From the NCBI GenBank assembly GCA_010015585.1, contig ML975163.1: a stretch of 64,000 nt of DNA. One strand, given 5' to 3'. This stretch comes from Eremomyces bilateralis CBS 781.70. Its lineage: Eukaryota. Under the pieces are notes generated by a model, which saw only the letters and a list, made by a program, of their open reading frames with translations, was not told the origin of the DNA and did no database searches. Position 1 is the first letter of the stretch, and each line of letters starts with the position of its first letter. The translations under genes were made by a program, and so were the position numbers. Positions 1 to 11,682 of the stretch are shown here, piece after piece.

Positions 1-781
1 CTCCATTCGAACCCTGACATGCACCCCCTTGCCTTCGAGACTGTTCTTCCATGAGGTATAGAATTTCCCTAAATTCGGGAATACCACCATAGGCGGCATG
101 TTGCTCGCGACGCTTATTTCATCTGGTGGATACCACATCCCAAACGTTGGACTGGTACACAACCGCTCTAGTATCATCGATGGCACTTCGGGGGTATAGT
201 TCCCCGTCCCCAGAAAAAAACGCAATCATCGGCAACACCACCACGTTAGCAAATTCCGCCGAGAACCGAAATATCTTCAGAAGATATTTAATCGGCAGCA
301 GGGCAAACAACACCTCGAACGTCCGCACAGTCGACAACATTCTCCGGAACCGCTTAATCTCATTCTAGTGCTTCTCGAGCAGTTTAGTCGGATACACGTT
401 CGTCCAAAATCGGGTACCTTTACCAAAGGATACCTGCAGCTCCACGGGATGAGCTTGATAACCTTGCTGCGCAAACATGGTCATGGTGTGGTGAAAGATG
501 TAGCTTCCGCCTTTGACGCCTTGGTTGATCCAGCTCGCGTGGAATTTTTCCTTGTTGATGGGGATAGAAAAGGCTTGGCCGCCGCAGTAGTCTTGCGCTT
601 CGACCAAAGTCACGTCGAACTTGTCCGGATGCTCAGCCAAGTGGTGAGCGCATGACATCCCTTAGATACCTTAGAACAGGGGTTGGGTCGGATCCTGTTG
701 GTTAGACTTACTTGCAGCTCCAGCACCAACTACAAGCACTCTTTTCTTGGACCCAGCTAGGCGGCGGGTGCTGTCTGGCAT
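1..781 (-). pseudogene. Flavin-containing amine oxidase-like (NAD(P)/FAD-binding) gene, apparently pseudogenised; runs off the window start
   Basis: ATG at 781 gives MPDSTRRLAGSKKRVLVVGAGAA (Rossmann motif). Intron 661-711 (GTAAGT..AAG) is followed by MSCAHHLA..VTLVEAQDYCGGQA. There is an in-frame TAG at 365-367 and a 7-T run at 214-220 that shifts the frame before LGTGNYTPEVPSMILERLCTSPTFGMWYPPD. Confidence 0.8.
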
Positions 782-1534
782 TGTGATTGGACTTGGAAAT
801 CGTTATTCTGATGTGAGGGACAGATGTGACATATATCGATGAAAATACAAACGACAATGGTGGGGGATGCATTCATGGGCTAGCCAATTCTTCAATGAAC
901 ATAGAATTTGGGACAGACTTTAAAGATATCATCGATACGATAACGTAAAGTAAGTATAAGGACGCTGATATGCATTGCAGAGGGGCTGATACCTATGCAT
1001 CGCACGCAGGTCACAGCCTCTGCGAATTCATTGCGATCCTTTTCTGGTAAGCCTGCATCATCGAGGTCTCCACGAATCATGATCGCGAATCCGATCCGGG
1101 ATAGGATTCGACCATACCACAATAGGAATAGCGTATAACAAAGTGCCTGAGGCCATGGGGCAGAAACTCACCTACCTCCGCTAGTTACTCAGCGGCAATC
1201 CATATTTGGTAGCAAATATATTCCATACTCAGGATTGACAGCAATTGATTGCTCTCACGCACAATAGCCTTGACTCCAGGAGGTTATTGAACCAGAACAC
1301 AAAAGGAAGGTGGTAAGAAATGATCGTCACCCGGATTCGGAAATCATTTATGCCGATGTGACACGTACTCACCTGACCAGGCGCATTGGGAGGGGTCACC
1401 TCGTATTCTGCGCCATAAAAGAGGACGCGACGGACGCGTTTGGGGAGCAATACCATCTCTCCTCGCCATCCCCTCATTCTCCCGCCACTCTCTCACACAT
1501 TAGTTGGCTTGATAAAAGTTATAACACATTCAAA

Positions 1535-2176
1535 ATGTCTTATCTCCCTGCTGAAGCCTTGGAACTCCATGGAGGCTGCTTCTGCTCCAAAATCCGCTAT
1601 ACCATCTCTCTCCCTTCCCGAGATGAGCGGCCCCTCATCCCAGGCGCCGTCCCAATACCGGTTGACGGGTCGGAGGAGTCTCCACCAGCGCGGTTCCCGT
1701 ACATGGACATTGATCACTGCTCAGATTGCCGTCGTGCTTGCGGTTCCATTGTCCAAGCATGGATCATCATTCCCCACGCATGGGTCAAGTGGCAGCTGGA
1801 GCAGAAGGACGGGAAGGGCAAGATAGACGTGGAAACAGGCGATGTTGTGCTGCCGTCAGACGAGCTGAAGACGAAGACGTTTATTGGCCATTTCAACTCC
1901 TCGGAAGATGTTCAGCGAGCATTCTGCTCCTTTTGCGGCACGCCTTTGACGTTCTGCTATACTGGGCCTCGCACCGGCTGGACGCTGGGCCCAATGGTCG
2001 ACATTGGCATGGGTTCATTGGACACGGAGAGTCTCGAGAAGGAGGGGGTGAGAGTTGATAGGCATGGTTGGTGGGATGACGGGGTTTCATGGGTGAAGGA
2101 CTTGCTGCGCCATGGCGATGGAGGGAAGATGTTGAGGCATCCAACTGGGAGCACGAAGACAATTGTGAAAGATTGA
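1535..2176 (+). CDS. GFA / CENP-V-like Zn-binding (Mss4-like fold) protein
   Basis: Intronless. ATG lies in a CAAAATG context. Motifs HGGCFCSKIRY, DHCSDCRRACGS and SSEDVQRAFCSFCGTPL are typical of GFA domains. Confidence 0.88.
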   Translation: MSYLPAEALELHGGCFCSKIRYTISLPSRDERPLIPGAVPIPVDGSEESPPARFPYMDIDHCSDCRRACGSIVQAWIIIPHAWVKWQLEQKDGKGKIDVETGDVVLPSDELKTKTFIGHFNSSEDVQRAFCSFCGTPLTFCYTGPRTGWTLGPMVDIGMGSLDTESLEKEGVRVDRHGWWDDGVSWVKDLLRHGDGGKMLRHPTGSTKTIVKD

Positions 2177-2521
2177 GACATACTCAAAAGATTGGCCGCA
2201 CGGGTACGATAACGAATCTCTTTATCCAGTTTAACGGCAATAATGAGCTCAAGGATTTTGAATGTTAAGTCGACTGATATAAAGACATTATCAACGATGG
2301 CGATCTCAAAGTTGAGAAAGGAATGAAGGATGATCAATTGATGATGTCGCGTGGGTGGTTCGTAATCACCAGGTGACGCTAGCCCGTATCCAGTCTGGAC
2401 ATTTGATAGACCGCAAGCTTCATGCTTCTCTGACAGTCTGACTGCATCTCCATTATAGAGTCTCCGGTTGCCTTAGGCTCTCATTTGAAGGCCATTAATA
2501 ACCTTCACACTCCTATCAAAA

Positions 2522-4522
2522 ATGCGTCATGGCTCGATAGCGATGTCCCTCGCCTATCGTGTCTTCCGAAGGCCGATCCTCTCCCACCTCTGCCCTCATT
2601 CCACACCGACCCGTGTCAATCAACCGTCGAATATCCGCCGACTCCAGACGGCACGATTCTCCCCCTTCGTACCTCCCGATCCATCAAAGCTCCCCAAAGC
2701 TAAGAAACCCCGGAAATGGGTGCAACGCTTCGTACGCTTCGGCGTATACAGCTCCGTCTTCTCCGTCACCCTCTACCTCGTCGACACCAACTTCAATGAC
2801 TCCTGCATCGTACGCAGCTTACGGACATTCTACACCGGGCTCCTGATCGGATTTGACTATAAGATAAATTTTCGGGAAAACCCACCGCTCGCAAAGTCGA
2901 TTGTGCATCTCCACAACCGGAACGCCCACCGCGTGTTCAACCTGCTGCGGGAGAATGGCGGACTATACCTGAAGATCGGCCAGGCGATCGCGATGCAGAG
3001 CGCGATTTTGCCGCCGGAGTTCCAGAAAATGTTTGCCCGCATGTTCGACGATGCGCCGCAGAACGAATGGAAGGACGTGGAGAAGGTGATCCGGGAGGAG
3101 TTCGGGAAAAGCGTGGAGGAGGTGTTTGGGGTGAGCTTCACGGGAGAACCGGGAAAGGGGGTCATGGAAAAGACAGCGAGAGCCAGTGCAAGTGTTGCGC
3201 AGGTGCATTGGGCTAGATTACCGGATGGACGCGAGGTGGCCATCAAAGTGCAGAAGAAGGAGATCGCACGACAAACATCATGGGATTTATGGGCGTTCAA
3301 GGTGGTGGCGAGGGCCTATTCTTACTGGTTCGATCTGCCAGTGTATACCCTTGTGCCATATATCAGCGAGCGATTACAACTGGAGACGGACTTCGTTAAC
3401 GAGGCGAACAATTCGGACGAGATGAAAAAGTACGTCAATGGCGAACGGAGACTGCGAGGGAAAGTTTACATCCCAGAGATCTACCGCGAGTTTAGTTCGA
3501 GACGAGTCATGACAGCGGAATGGATTGAAGGGGTACGATTATGGGATAAGGACGCGATCACCAAGCCGTGGTACGGTGGGCATGGCAATGGTTCTCCAGG
3601 CGCCGGTGCGACTCCTTTGAATCCACCTAAGCCGACCTCGAGAAGATCCAGATCAAGTCAAGAGATCTCATCCGGCGCCTTCATAAAACCCGAGCGCGAC
3701 GAATGGAGAGGACGCACAGGCAAAGGAGGCCTTGGCGTTAGTCTCGACTCGGTCATGACCATCATGATTGACCTCTTCAGCGCGCAGATGTTCCTCTGGG
3801 GCCTCCTGCACTGCGACCCTCATCCGGGTAACATTTTCATTCGACGACTCCCATCCGGGAAACCCGAGCTAGTGCTGATTGACCACGGTCTCTACATCCA
3901 CATGAAGCCAAAGTTTCGACACCAGTACTCGCGGTTCTGGAAAGCATTGATCCAGTTCGACAACGAGACGCTGAAGGAGGTTGTGACTGCGTGGGGGGTG
4001 GGGAATCCGGATATATTTGCGAGCGCGACCTTGATGCGTCCATACACGGGTGGCAACCAATCGACGATGCGGTCCCTCCGCGAGGATGCGGCCGACGGCA
4101 AGACGGAGCAGCAGCGGGCGTACGAGATGCAGATGAAGATGCGGCATAATGTCAAAGATATATTGGGCAACGAGGATCAGTGGCCGAAGGAGCTGATCTT
4201 CATCGGGCGGAACCTTCGGATCGTCCAGGGGAATAATCAGTACCTGGGCAGCCCGGTCAACCGCATCAAGATCACCGGCCTGTGGGCCAGTCGCGCCCTG
4301 GCTGATGACCCGCACCTGAAGCTGTCCGAGCGGGTTCGGAATCTAGGGAGCCACATGGTGTTCAGATTGGTCTTGTTGGGGAGCGATATGGTTTGGTGGT
4401 GGTCGAGGATCAAGCAGTTGATGGGGAGAGGCAAGGGGATGGAGGATGACATGGAGGCGCAGATGCAGAAAATGGCGAGGCACCTTGGAGTGGAGCTGCA
4501 GCACGATGTTTTTGAGGGATAG
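2522..4522 (+). CDS. ABC1/ADCK (UbiB-family) atypical kinase, probably mitochondrial (Mcp2/ADCK1-like); start may be 2543
   Basis: 666-aa ORF with NGGLYLKIGQ, ASASVAQVHWA, VAIKVQ, ETDFVNEA, HCDPHPGN and LIDHG motifs, plus an Arg-rich N-terminal leader. Confidence 0.93.
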   Translation: MRHGSIAMSLAYRVFRRPILSHLCPHSTPTRVNQPSNIRRLQTARFSPFVPPDPSKLPKAKKPRKWVQRFVRFGVYSSVFSVTLYLVDTNFNDSCIVRSLRTFYTGLLIGFDYKINFRENPPLAKSIVHLHNRNAHRVFNLLRENGGLYLKIGQAIAMQSAILPPEFQKMFARMFDDAPQNEWKDVEKVIREEFGKSVEEVFGVSFTGEPGKGVMEKTARASASVAQVHWARLPDGREVAIKVQKKEIARQTSWDLWAFKVVARAYSYWFDLPVYTLVPYISERLQLETDFVNEANNSDEMKKYVNGERRLRGKVYIPEIYREFSSRRVMTAEWIEGVRLWDKDAITKPWYGGHGNGSPGAGATPLNPPKPTSRRSRSSQEISSGAFIKPERDEWRGRTGKGGLGVSLDSVMTIMIDLFSAQMFLWGLLHCDPHPGNIFIRRLPSGKPELVLIDHGLYIHMKPKFRHQYSRFWKALIQFDNETLKEVVTAWGVGNPDIFASATLMRPYTGGNQSTMRSLREDAADGKTEQQRAYEMQMKMRHNVKDILGNEDQWPKELIFIGRNLRIVQGNNQYLGSPVNRIKITGLWASRALADDPHLKLSERVRNLGSHMVFRLVLLGSDMVWWWSRIKQLMGRGKGMEDDMEAQMQKMARHLGVELQHDVFEG

Positions 4523-7500
4523 AGTGGCGTGGGACGCACTGTTTGCATTGGCACGAGGGGATGGCATTTCAGCGTTAGTTGCAGAGTGGTCTTGACGGAA
4601 TAGACTTCACTATAGAGGAGGATCTATTGTTCGATTATGAATCCACCCTCCCTTCATATAAGGAATAGAGTTGTATAGTAGTATCCCAACTTAGATTTAC
4701 GGAGAAAATCAGACTACATCCCTTACCTGAAAGTCTACCGACGGGAGCACTTTTGTCGAGCAGTAAGGGCCCAACGTGATAGATTGTTCGATGCAGGAAT
4801 ACCTATGACATGCTATCCGACTCTCATTTACCTCGAGAGCTACAGTAAGTAGCAAGTACCCTTTCAGGCATTTAAAGAATGATAACGAATTTTATATTCT
4901 ATACGTTGCCACCTACACATACGCGGCGCTCCTTTCGTTTTTTCCGTTCGATTTCGATATACCGACGCTCCCTTGCCTGGGAAACCCACCCGAAGACATC
5001 CTTTTCTTTTGCGTCCTCTGGCCAGTCCGCCAGTCACCCCCTTCTCGGTATAGCGGGAGCATCTCCATTCTTGCACGTCTCAACCACCGCTCTTGCAGCT
5101 ACTACATGGCCACTGACTTCTCCAAAGAACGCATCGAAGACACCCCTATGGCCTTCGACTTGATGACCCCTAACCCGCACTGCGTAGCCATTTCGGAAAG
5201 AGAACTTCAAATTATGGCCGGATTGCATGGACAGCATCAGCTATACTGGTTTAGGAGGCACGGCACCGACGTATCGTAGAGAATAAAGAGATTCCGTCGT
5301 CGGCAGAATCAAGTGATGTCGACGCGTTGGACCCAATTTCCGACGCGGTGTCACCTGCCCATGGCTTTTGCTTCATCACCTGGCATTCCAGTTCAGTTAT
5401 TAGCATCAATCATCAGAATAGCAATAATGAACAGGCGTTGCTTGGACGCTGTTACTTATTGTGTTTCCTCCTTTTCCAACGACGGGAACGGACCAGCAGA
5501 GTAAATTTGAATCGGCACCAGAAATGAGACAACAAACGGCGATATTTAGAACACCTCCTGTCTGCTGACAGATACAGAAGCAATTCGCGCGGGGATATTG
5601 TCCCGCTGTGTCATTATCCCGTTTCTGGGTTCTGGCTTGTCCGGTAATACGTGATCCGTGATGCGAACTATTCACATAGAAATACACGTACTATTGCCGC
5701 TTCCAACCTCACCAATGTCGATCGTCACAGCTGATTCTGATTGTTCAGATGCAATGCAATTAGTATCACCTGGCTCGATCTATTCGAGGCGACTGTGGAT
5801 TTGTTACCAGTTCTTCCGCCGGAAACAAACGTCAGTAATACCTACTCCCTATCAGCCGAACCTCCATGCTCGAAGTTTGATGTCCGTTTATCGGCTCGCT
5901 TCGGCTGCATTGTTATCGCCAAGGCACCGCCTGCCAGTTGACTCGGAGTGAGTAATCATTCCGAAGATGGAAGGTCCAATGAACAACACATCAAATGTTG
6001 AGCCTGCTTACAGACGGCGTCAGTCTGCTGCATTCGCGGATATTGAGAAGTTCCAGGTTTCCAGCTCTTTGCAAGTCCTCCTTGCGTCGTGTTGGACTGT
6101 TTGTTAGGTCGGACTAGGCCATGAATCATGATACTACTGGATAGGTACTTGGAAGGAAAAGAACCCTTCTAGAAGGTCGCTCCCCTAGATCTCCATGCCG
6201 CATCTTGAATCCTTAGTCCTTAATGCTTGGACCTTGACATACTGTGTAAGACTGTACTAAGACATAAGACGTTACAGGGGCCGAAGCCCGAAAGACGAAA
6301 CAGGATCTTCATGTGGTTCGATTTTGTGGACTGTGGCTTACTACGTACAAGGCTACAAGGGCCTGTTGGTTGAGTGTTGACGTACTCCGTAGAGGGGAAT
6401 TCCTACTATCAATCTTCACTCGGCGACTCTCCAGTCCCTCGTCCAGCCTTTGCATACACTCCAACTTCGGGCTTTCAAAGTGCGGTTGTTTGACCTCTTG
6501 GTCACTACAGGTACCTTCCGTCTGTCACTTTGTCCTGCGTTTCTCGGCCAACTGCAGCCAACCAAAGAACTGCAGCGGAGTTCCCGTTGGTGTCCAGTGA
6601 TCGGCCAAAGGGATGAGGGAGGGTGCAGGCCGCAGGGGCGCCTTGTCCTTACCTGAGTTCCCAATATTTGTACTCCAAGATACGCCCTTCCGACCAGGGC
6701 TCGCATATTACTATCCACCTTCTTCATCCTTCAATTGGTCCTCTCACGCCCCGTCGCATACAATATCATCGTGGTGCATCCTGGAAACTAGACAGGTAAA
6801 AGGTGATGTGCTAAGAGCCTGAGTGGCTCGTTGATGCTCACCACTGGGCTACCCAGTGGCCAATGGTATTGGAGATGGTCTGTGTTGCCACACCTTGCAT
6901 GCGGCCTTGCGCAGTTCCCTTCTGACAATCTGGAAATAGAATCCGAATGGACCTGCGATTATGGTGACTGAACAGGCGAACAAGAGAGCAGAAGCCGATC
7001 GCTGGCATGTTTGACAAGTCACGAGAGCGTCAAGGGTGGACCTAGAAGATGCCAAACGAGACAGTTCGAAGCCCATGAACGTGGTTTCATAACCTACTTT
7101 ACCTTTGATGAGAGACTACGACGTACAGGGGACGCGCCGCCTCTTCGGGTTTGAAGATCGTCGAAAGACCACATTCTGTCGTTCTCCGGCCCAAAGCTCC
7201 AAGCCTCCAATAGGAGTTCATAAAATTCCGGCTTAAAAAACAGTCTAATGTGGTACCGGGTACGAAGTACGAACAATGAGTTGATACGGTCCCGTGAGCG
7301 GAGTAAATCCGACAGTCCACTCGTCCCTCACATCCAGCTGCTTCTCTCATATTTCCTCGGGCGTGTTGCCGTGGCTTCGTATAACCACGACGCCCCTCTC
7401 GCCACCGGAATTCGCAGACTGCAGCCTCCCGTTACTATCCCGTACATCGGGACATGTCTACATGGACATGGGCTGAGGACACCAAACGCTTGTTCGCCCC

Positions 7501-8527
7501 TCACGGGCTCTGACTTCTTACCCCACTTGTGCTGTCTGACGGGCATGAGAGATTGATGATACACCTGCATGTCGGATTTCCTTGCTTGCTTTCACTGTCC
7601 ATCCTTCCAATATCCATCCTTCCACGGACCATCCGTCATCCATGCCTGCTGCTTCTAGATCCAGTCCTACTGGGTAAGGCTGCGTGTGCATGGATGATGC
7701 CCGTCCGAGACCAGCCCTTGGCTGCACCATCTAAATCGTTCTTTACCATGCTCTCCATGTGTAAGACCCAGGTTTCGGTCTGATGGCGTGGTCTTAAAGA
7801 CTTCCCATCTACCTTTCTGTCTCTAGGGCTCATATGGCCGCCACACTTGAATCCTGAATCCATGTTCCTGGCATCTCTTAAACCAACTGAGTTCAGTCGA
7901 TCCTTCTCAAACACTTCTAGCCTCTAGGTCAATCCATGATTGCATGTCTTAGCCTGGTCTTATTCTTATTTCTATCCAGTCGTCAGTCAGATCACCTCTA
8001 GATGCTCGTGGATTTCTATGGCTCTGGTTGGGTTTTAGCTTTCTAATTAATGGTGCCTTCCCTGCATGCGCCGCTCGCGTACCATCATACCTACTCGTCA
8101 TCAACGCCATCGTTATCCTATTGTCAATCTATACGGAATATCTCTCGCTGCCAAGAGCCTCCGCTGTATATCTCTTACATGCACGAGGACTCCTCCAGAC
8201 GCTGGGTAGATTGCTTCATCCAGTGGGGGTCGCTCCTATTTTCATTCTCTCCCAAGCCCACGCCTCTCTAAAATATAGTTTCGACACCAATACTCTCGCT
8301 GGCGAAGTGGTTTCTGGTATGGGGGTCCAGGCTTACGAAACTTGAGCGATAGCACACGGAGATACTTCTAAGCTTCCTTACCCTACTTCGGGTGGCTCGG
8401 TATCTTGTCCTTTCGATTCTTAAGCTCTGCCATGCATACCGACCTACACTCGCTGAGTATATACCCAACGGTCTAACGTCCTCGAGTTGCAAGTTCCCGA
8501 TGTTGGACGGCGAGGTTACTGCACATC

Positions 8528-10052
8528 ATGGACTTAGCAGTGATAATAGAAGCTGAGAAGATCGCTGCTCACAAGCTGGAAACCTCGAGCTTGTCCCCAT
8601 TACCAGACGATCTACGGCGAGGCCTCATTGCCATAGCTTTCTTTGGATTCCTGTCCCTCATTGCGTCGCTTACGCTATTCGTAATCCTCACATATCGAAT
8701 CGTATCATGGCGGCGACAATCGAATCGACCAACATCACAATTCGTCCTTCTCATCTACAATCTCGTCATTGCCGACATCCAACAGAGCGTCTCCTTCATG
8801 CTCGCGGTGGTGTGGCTAGCAAGGAATGGCCTCGAGGTAGGCACGCGGACATGCTGGGCTCAAGCCTGGTTCGTCAGCGTAGGAGATCTCGCGAGCGGAG
8901 TGTGGTGTTTTGCAATCGGAGTGCACACGTTTGCATCTATATTGTTTAACTATCGCCTCAGCCCGGTGAAGTTCCATGCGTCCGTTTTAGCTGGGTGGGC
9001 ATTTGTGTATGGGTGCAATATTATTGTAGTGTCGATGCACCCGAACATATTTGTTCGAGCTGGTGCATGGGTAAGTTCTCCTGAGTAGGACGAGGTCACA
9101 GACGCTAATTGATTATTGGTGACAGTGCTGGGTGGATTCCAGATACGAGAGTATTCGTCTCTGGCTTCACTATTTCTGGATCTTTATCTTCGAATTCGGC
9201 ACCATCATCGTCTACGCCGCCATGTTCATCATCCTCCGCGCCCGGATTCGGTCTCAATCCCATCCCGACTTCGCAACCTCTGCATCTCTCAAGCATGCCA
9301 GTTCCGCCGCGAAACTGATGGTCGTCTATCCTATCGTCTATGTTGTCTGTACCCTTCCCCTTGCCTCCGCCCGTGTCGCCGCCATGGCCGGACACCGCCT
9401 CTCGATCGTCCATCTCTGCGTCGCAGGCGCCATGATCACCTCCAACGGATGGCTTGACGTTCTCCTCTACACCATGACTCGTCGAATCATGATCTTCAGC
9501 GACGAACCTCCCCCAGATACTCTTGGCATCGACACTTTCCAGGTCCCCTTTTGGAGCAATGGCGGCGCCGAAACGCGCTTCGGCACAACTACTGTCATCG
9601 AAGCCACCGGCCCCGGAGCCGCTGCTTTGCATTCTGGCAGTACCAGTCGAACGGGCTACCATCAACGCGGTAAAGGCTACACCCCTGGCTCCAGTAGGGG
9701 CCATTCCAGCAATGGCCGACATGGCCGACGACCCAGTGTAGCCAATGTCCTTGGCCTTGGAGGCGTCGACCGAAAAGGGAACAATAGCCGACAAAATTCA
9801 TCCCACGAGAGCACCGATGAGCTATGGGGCTCGTCAAAACCCTCGCTCTGTACCCTCGACCTAAGCACGGGTGTCCAGACACAGACGACAGTCGAAGTGA
9901 CGAGCGATCCGCTGCCGCTCGAGCTAGTCGAGTATGGCGGCTTCGAGGACTACTTGAGAAATGAGCGAGGGCATCGGAGACCAGGCGACGGCGCCGAGTC
10001 ACCGGAGGACGCCATGAATTTGAATTTCCAAACGAAGCCAGATGGGTACTAG
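8528..10052 (+). CDS. Git3/Gpr1-type (GprC/GprD-like) G protein-coupled receptor; exons 8528-9070, 9126-10052
   Basis: Hydrophobic TM segments (LIYNLVIADIQQS, CWAQAWFVSVGDLASGVW, AGAW|CWVD, YPIVYVVCTLPLA, SNGWLDVLLY). Intron 9071-9125 (GTAAGT..GCTAAT..CAG) joins the frames. Confidence 0.9.
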
Positions 10053-10568
10053 AATGGTACTCGGCTTCGGTTTTTTCTTTTTTCGGTTTATATGAGTTGC
10101 ATACCTTGCACACAATACGGGACTAAGGGCACTGGAAGTGGGAGCGACTCCCTCGAATAGATGTTATTGTGCTCATCAAGCATATATGGATGGCGTTATC
10201 GTCGTGGGACCTATCCCTGGGTCAGAAACGGGCATGACAAAAACGATTTCCTTGGTGTTGACGACAGTTACTAGACTCATTGGGACACTGAAGGCGTTAC
10301 GTCCTGGCAGGGCAACGACTGTGCATATTTTCGGGCATTATCACTGGATGGGGACAGAGACGGGCTAGTCTCATTGTAAATGATATCGCACGACGCTTAT
10401 ACGTCACTGGAACTAATGGATTGGGTTCCAACTGTATAAATATTCATTCCCTCGTGCATCATCGTCAATCATACCATACAATATCCATAGCAATGCCTCT
10501 CGAAACCACACTTCCGTAACACTTGCATGTAGCGGAATTCCCAATCCTCGACTCGCAGCAGTACAAGA

Positions 10569-11168
10569 TTAGTCCACATCCCACTCTCCTGCCAACGTTG
10601 TCAATATCACGACGCTCATCCTTCTCCTCTCCGACTTGTCCAATGGTCCCGCCCTCTTGCTCTCCCTCCTCGCTATTTCCAACAATGAATATCTCCCTCT
10701 CCCCTCAATTTCTCGCCTCCTCTTTCCTTCGAGCAGCTCCCCCAATACTCTCAGCCGCGGCTCGACTTGACGCGGGATCCCCGCTGGCGACACATCATCC
10801 GGTGCATGGAGGCGTCCACCGCCGAAGAATGGTCGGCGATGATCGAGCGGGGAGGACTTTGGGTCGGAAGAGAGGGGGCGGTCGAGAGATTTGGTGTCGA
10901 TCAGGGGGAGCAGTTCGGACAGCCCCAACCATTCGAGCTCTTCGCACTGGGAGCAGTGTTGGAGATCTTGTCGTTGTCGGTGTGGCATGAGGTCTATATC
11001 ATCTGGCATGGACATGTAGCCGCCCTGAGTCCTCGTTCATCAGCTGTGGGGGTTGGAGGCTGCTGAGGGGATGAGTCGCACCAGCATCATGTGTTCATCA
11101 CAGGCGTCGCCGAGCTGCTCGACATCGCGAGGGCAGTCCTCGTCGACCCAGAAACAGCACGGATACAT
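10569..11168 (-). CDS. Small hypothetical protein with a Cys-containing N-terminus; exons 11168-11082, 11024-10569
   Basis: ATG at 11168 gives MYPCCFWVDEDCPRDVEQLGDACDEHMML. A 57-nt intron 11025-11081 (GTGCGA..GCTGAT..CAG) joins in frame to GGYMSMPDD and the 148-aa ORF. No family recognised. Confidence 0.45.
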
Positions 11169-11682
11169 TCCGTGAACTGTGATTACGGTCAAAGACCAGA
11201 AACTTGCGGAATACTTCGAGAGACTGGGTATAGCCGGAAAGGAGGTGCTCCGGCGTCCTTCCTTAGATAAGGCACTATATCAACGATGAAGCTTCTAATT
11301 GAATATGAATGTTATAACTAACTCTCGCGAATTGATAGATTGTAACACGCAATGCGAACTAGCTAAAGCAAGAAGAACAATAGAAGACAGAGACATGTGA
11401 AGAGCAATGTCAGGACGAAATTAATTGAATATCAGATAGAGGGAGGGGAAGGAGGCACGCTAACCCCTGATGGCAAGTGGGTATGCGGATCAGCCCTCAG
11501 ATGAGAGGCTTGACCAGTTGACGCAATTGTCGCACAGCGTTCTTTTCAACTTCATATTTGCACAATGCAGACATGTTGGCCAGGGCATTCAGTCCGCTGA
11601 GTTGTGTGCTTTAGATTGGTGACTATATATGCTCTAGATCCCCTGATCTACGGCTGTTTACTACAGTCGGTTGGTTACACTA

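Noticed and set aside
1310..1534. N-terminal extension of the GFA ORF from a GTG start
   Set aside because: This is an artefact of a prokaryote-style start call. The ATG at 1535 has good context and directly precedes the domain.
4600..8500. Short ORFs in the 4-kb region upstream of the GPCR
   Set aside because: No motifs or convincing splice structure. A long regulatory region upstream of a signalling gene is ordinary.
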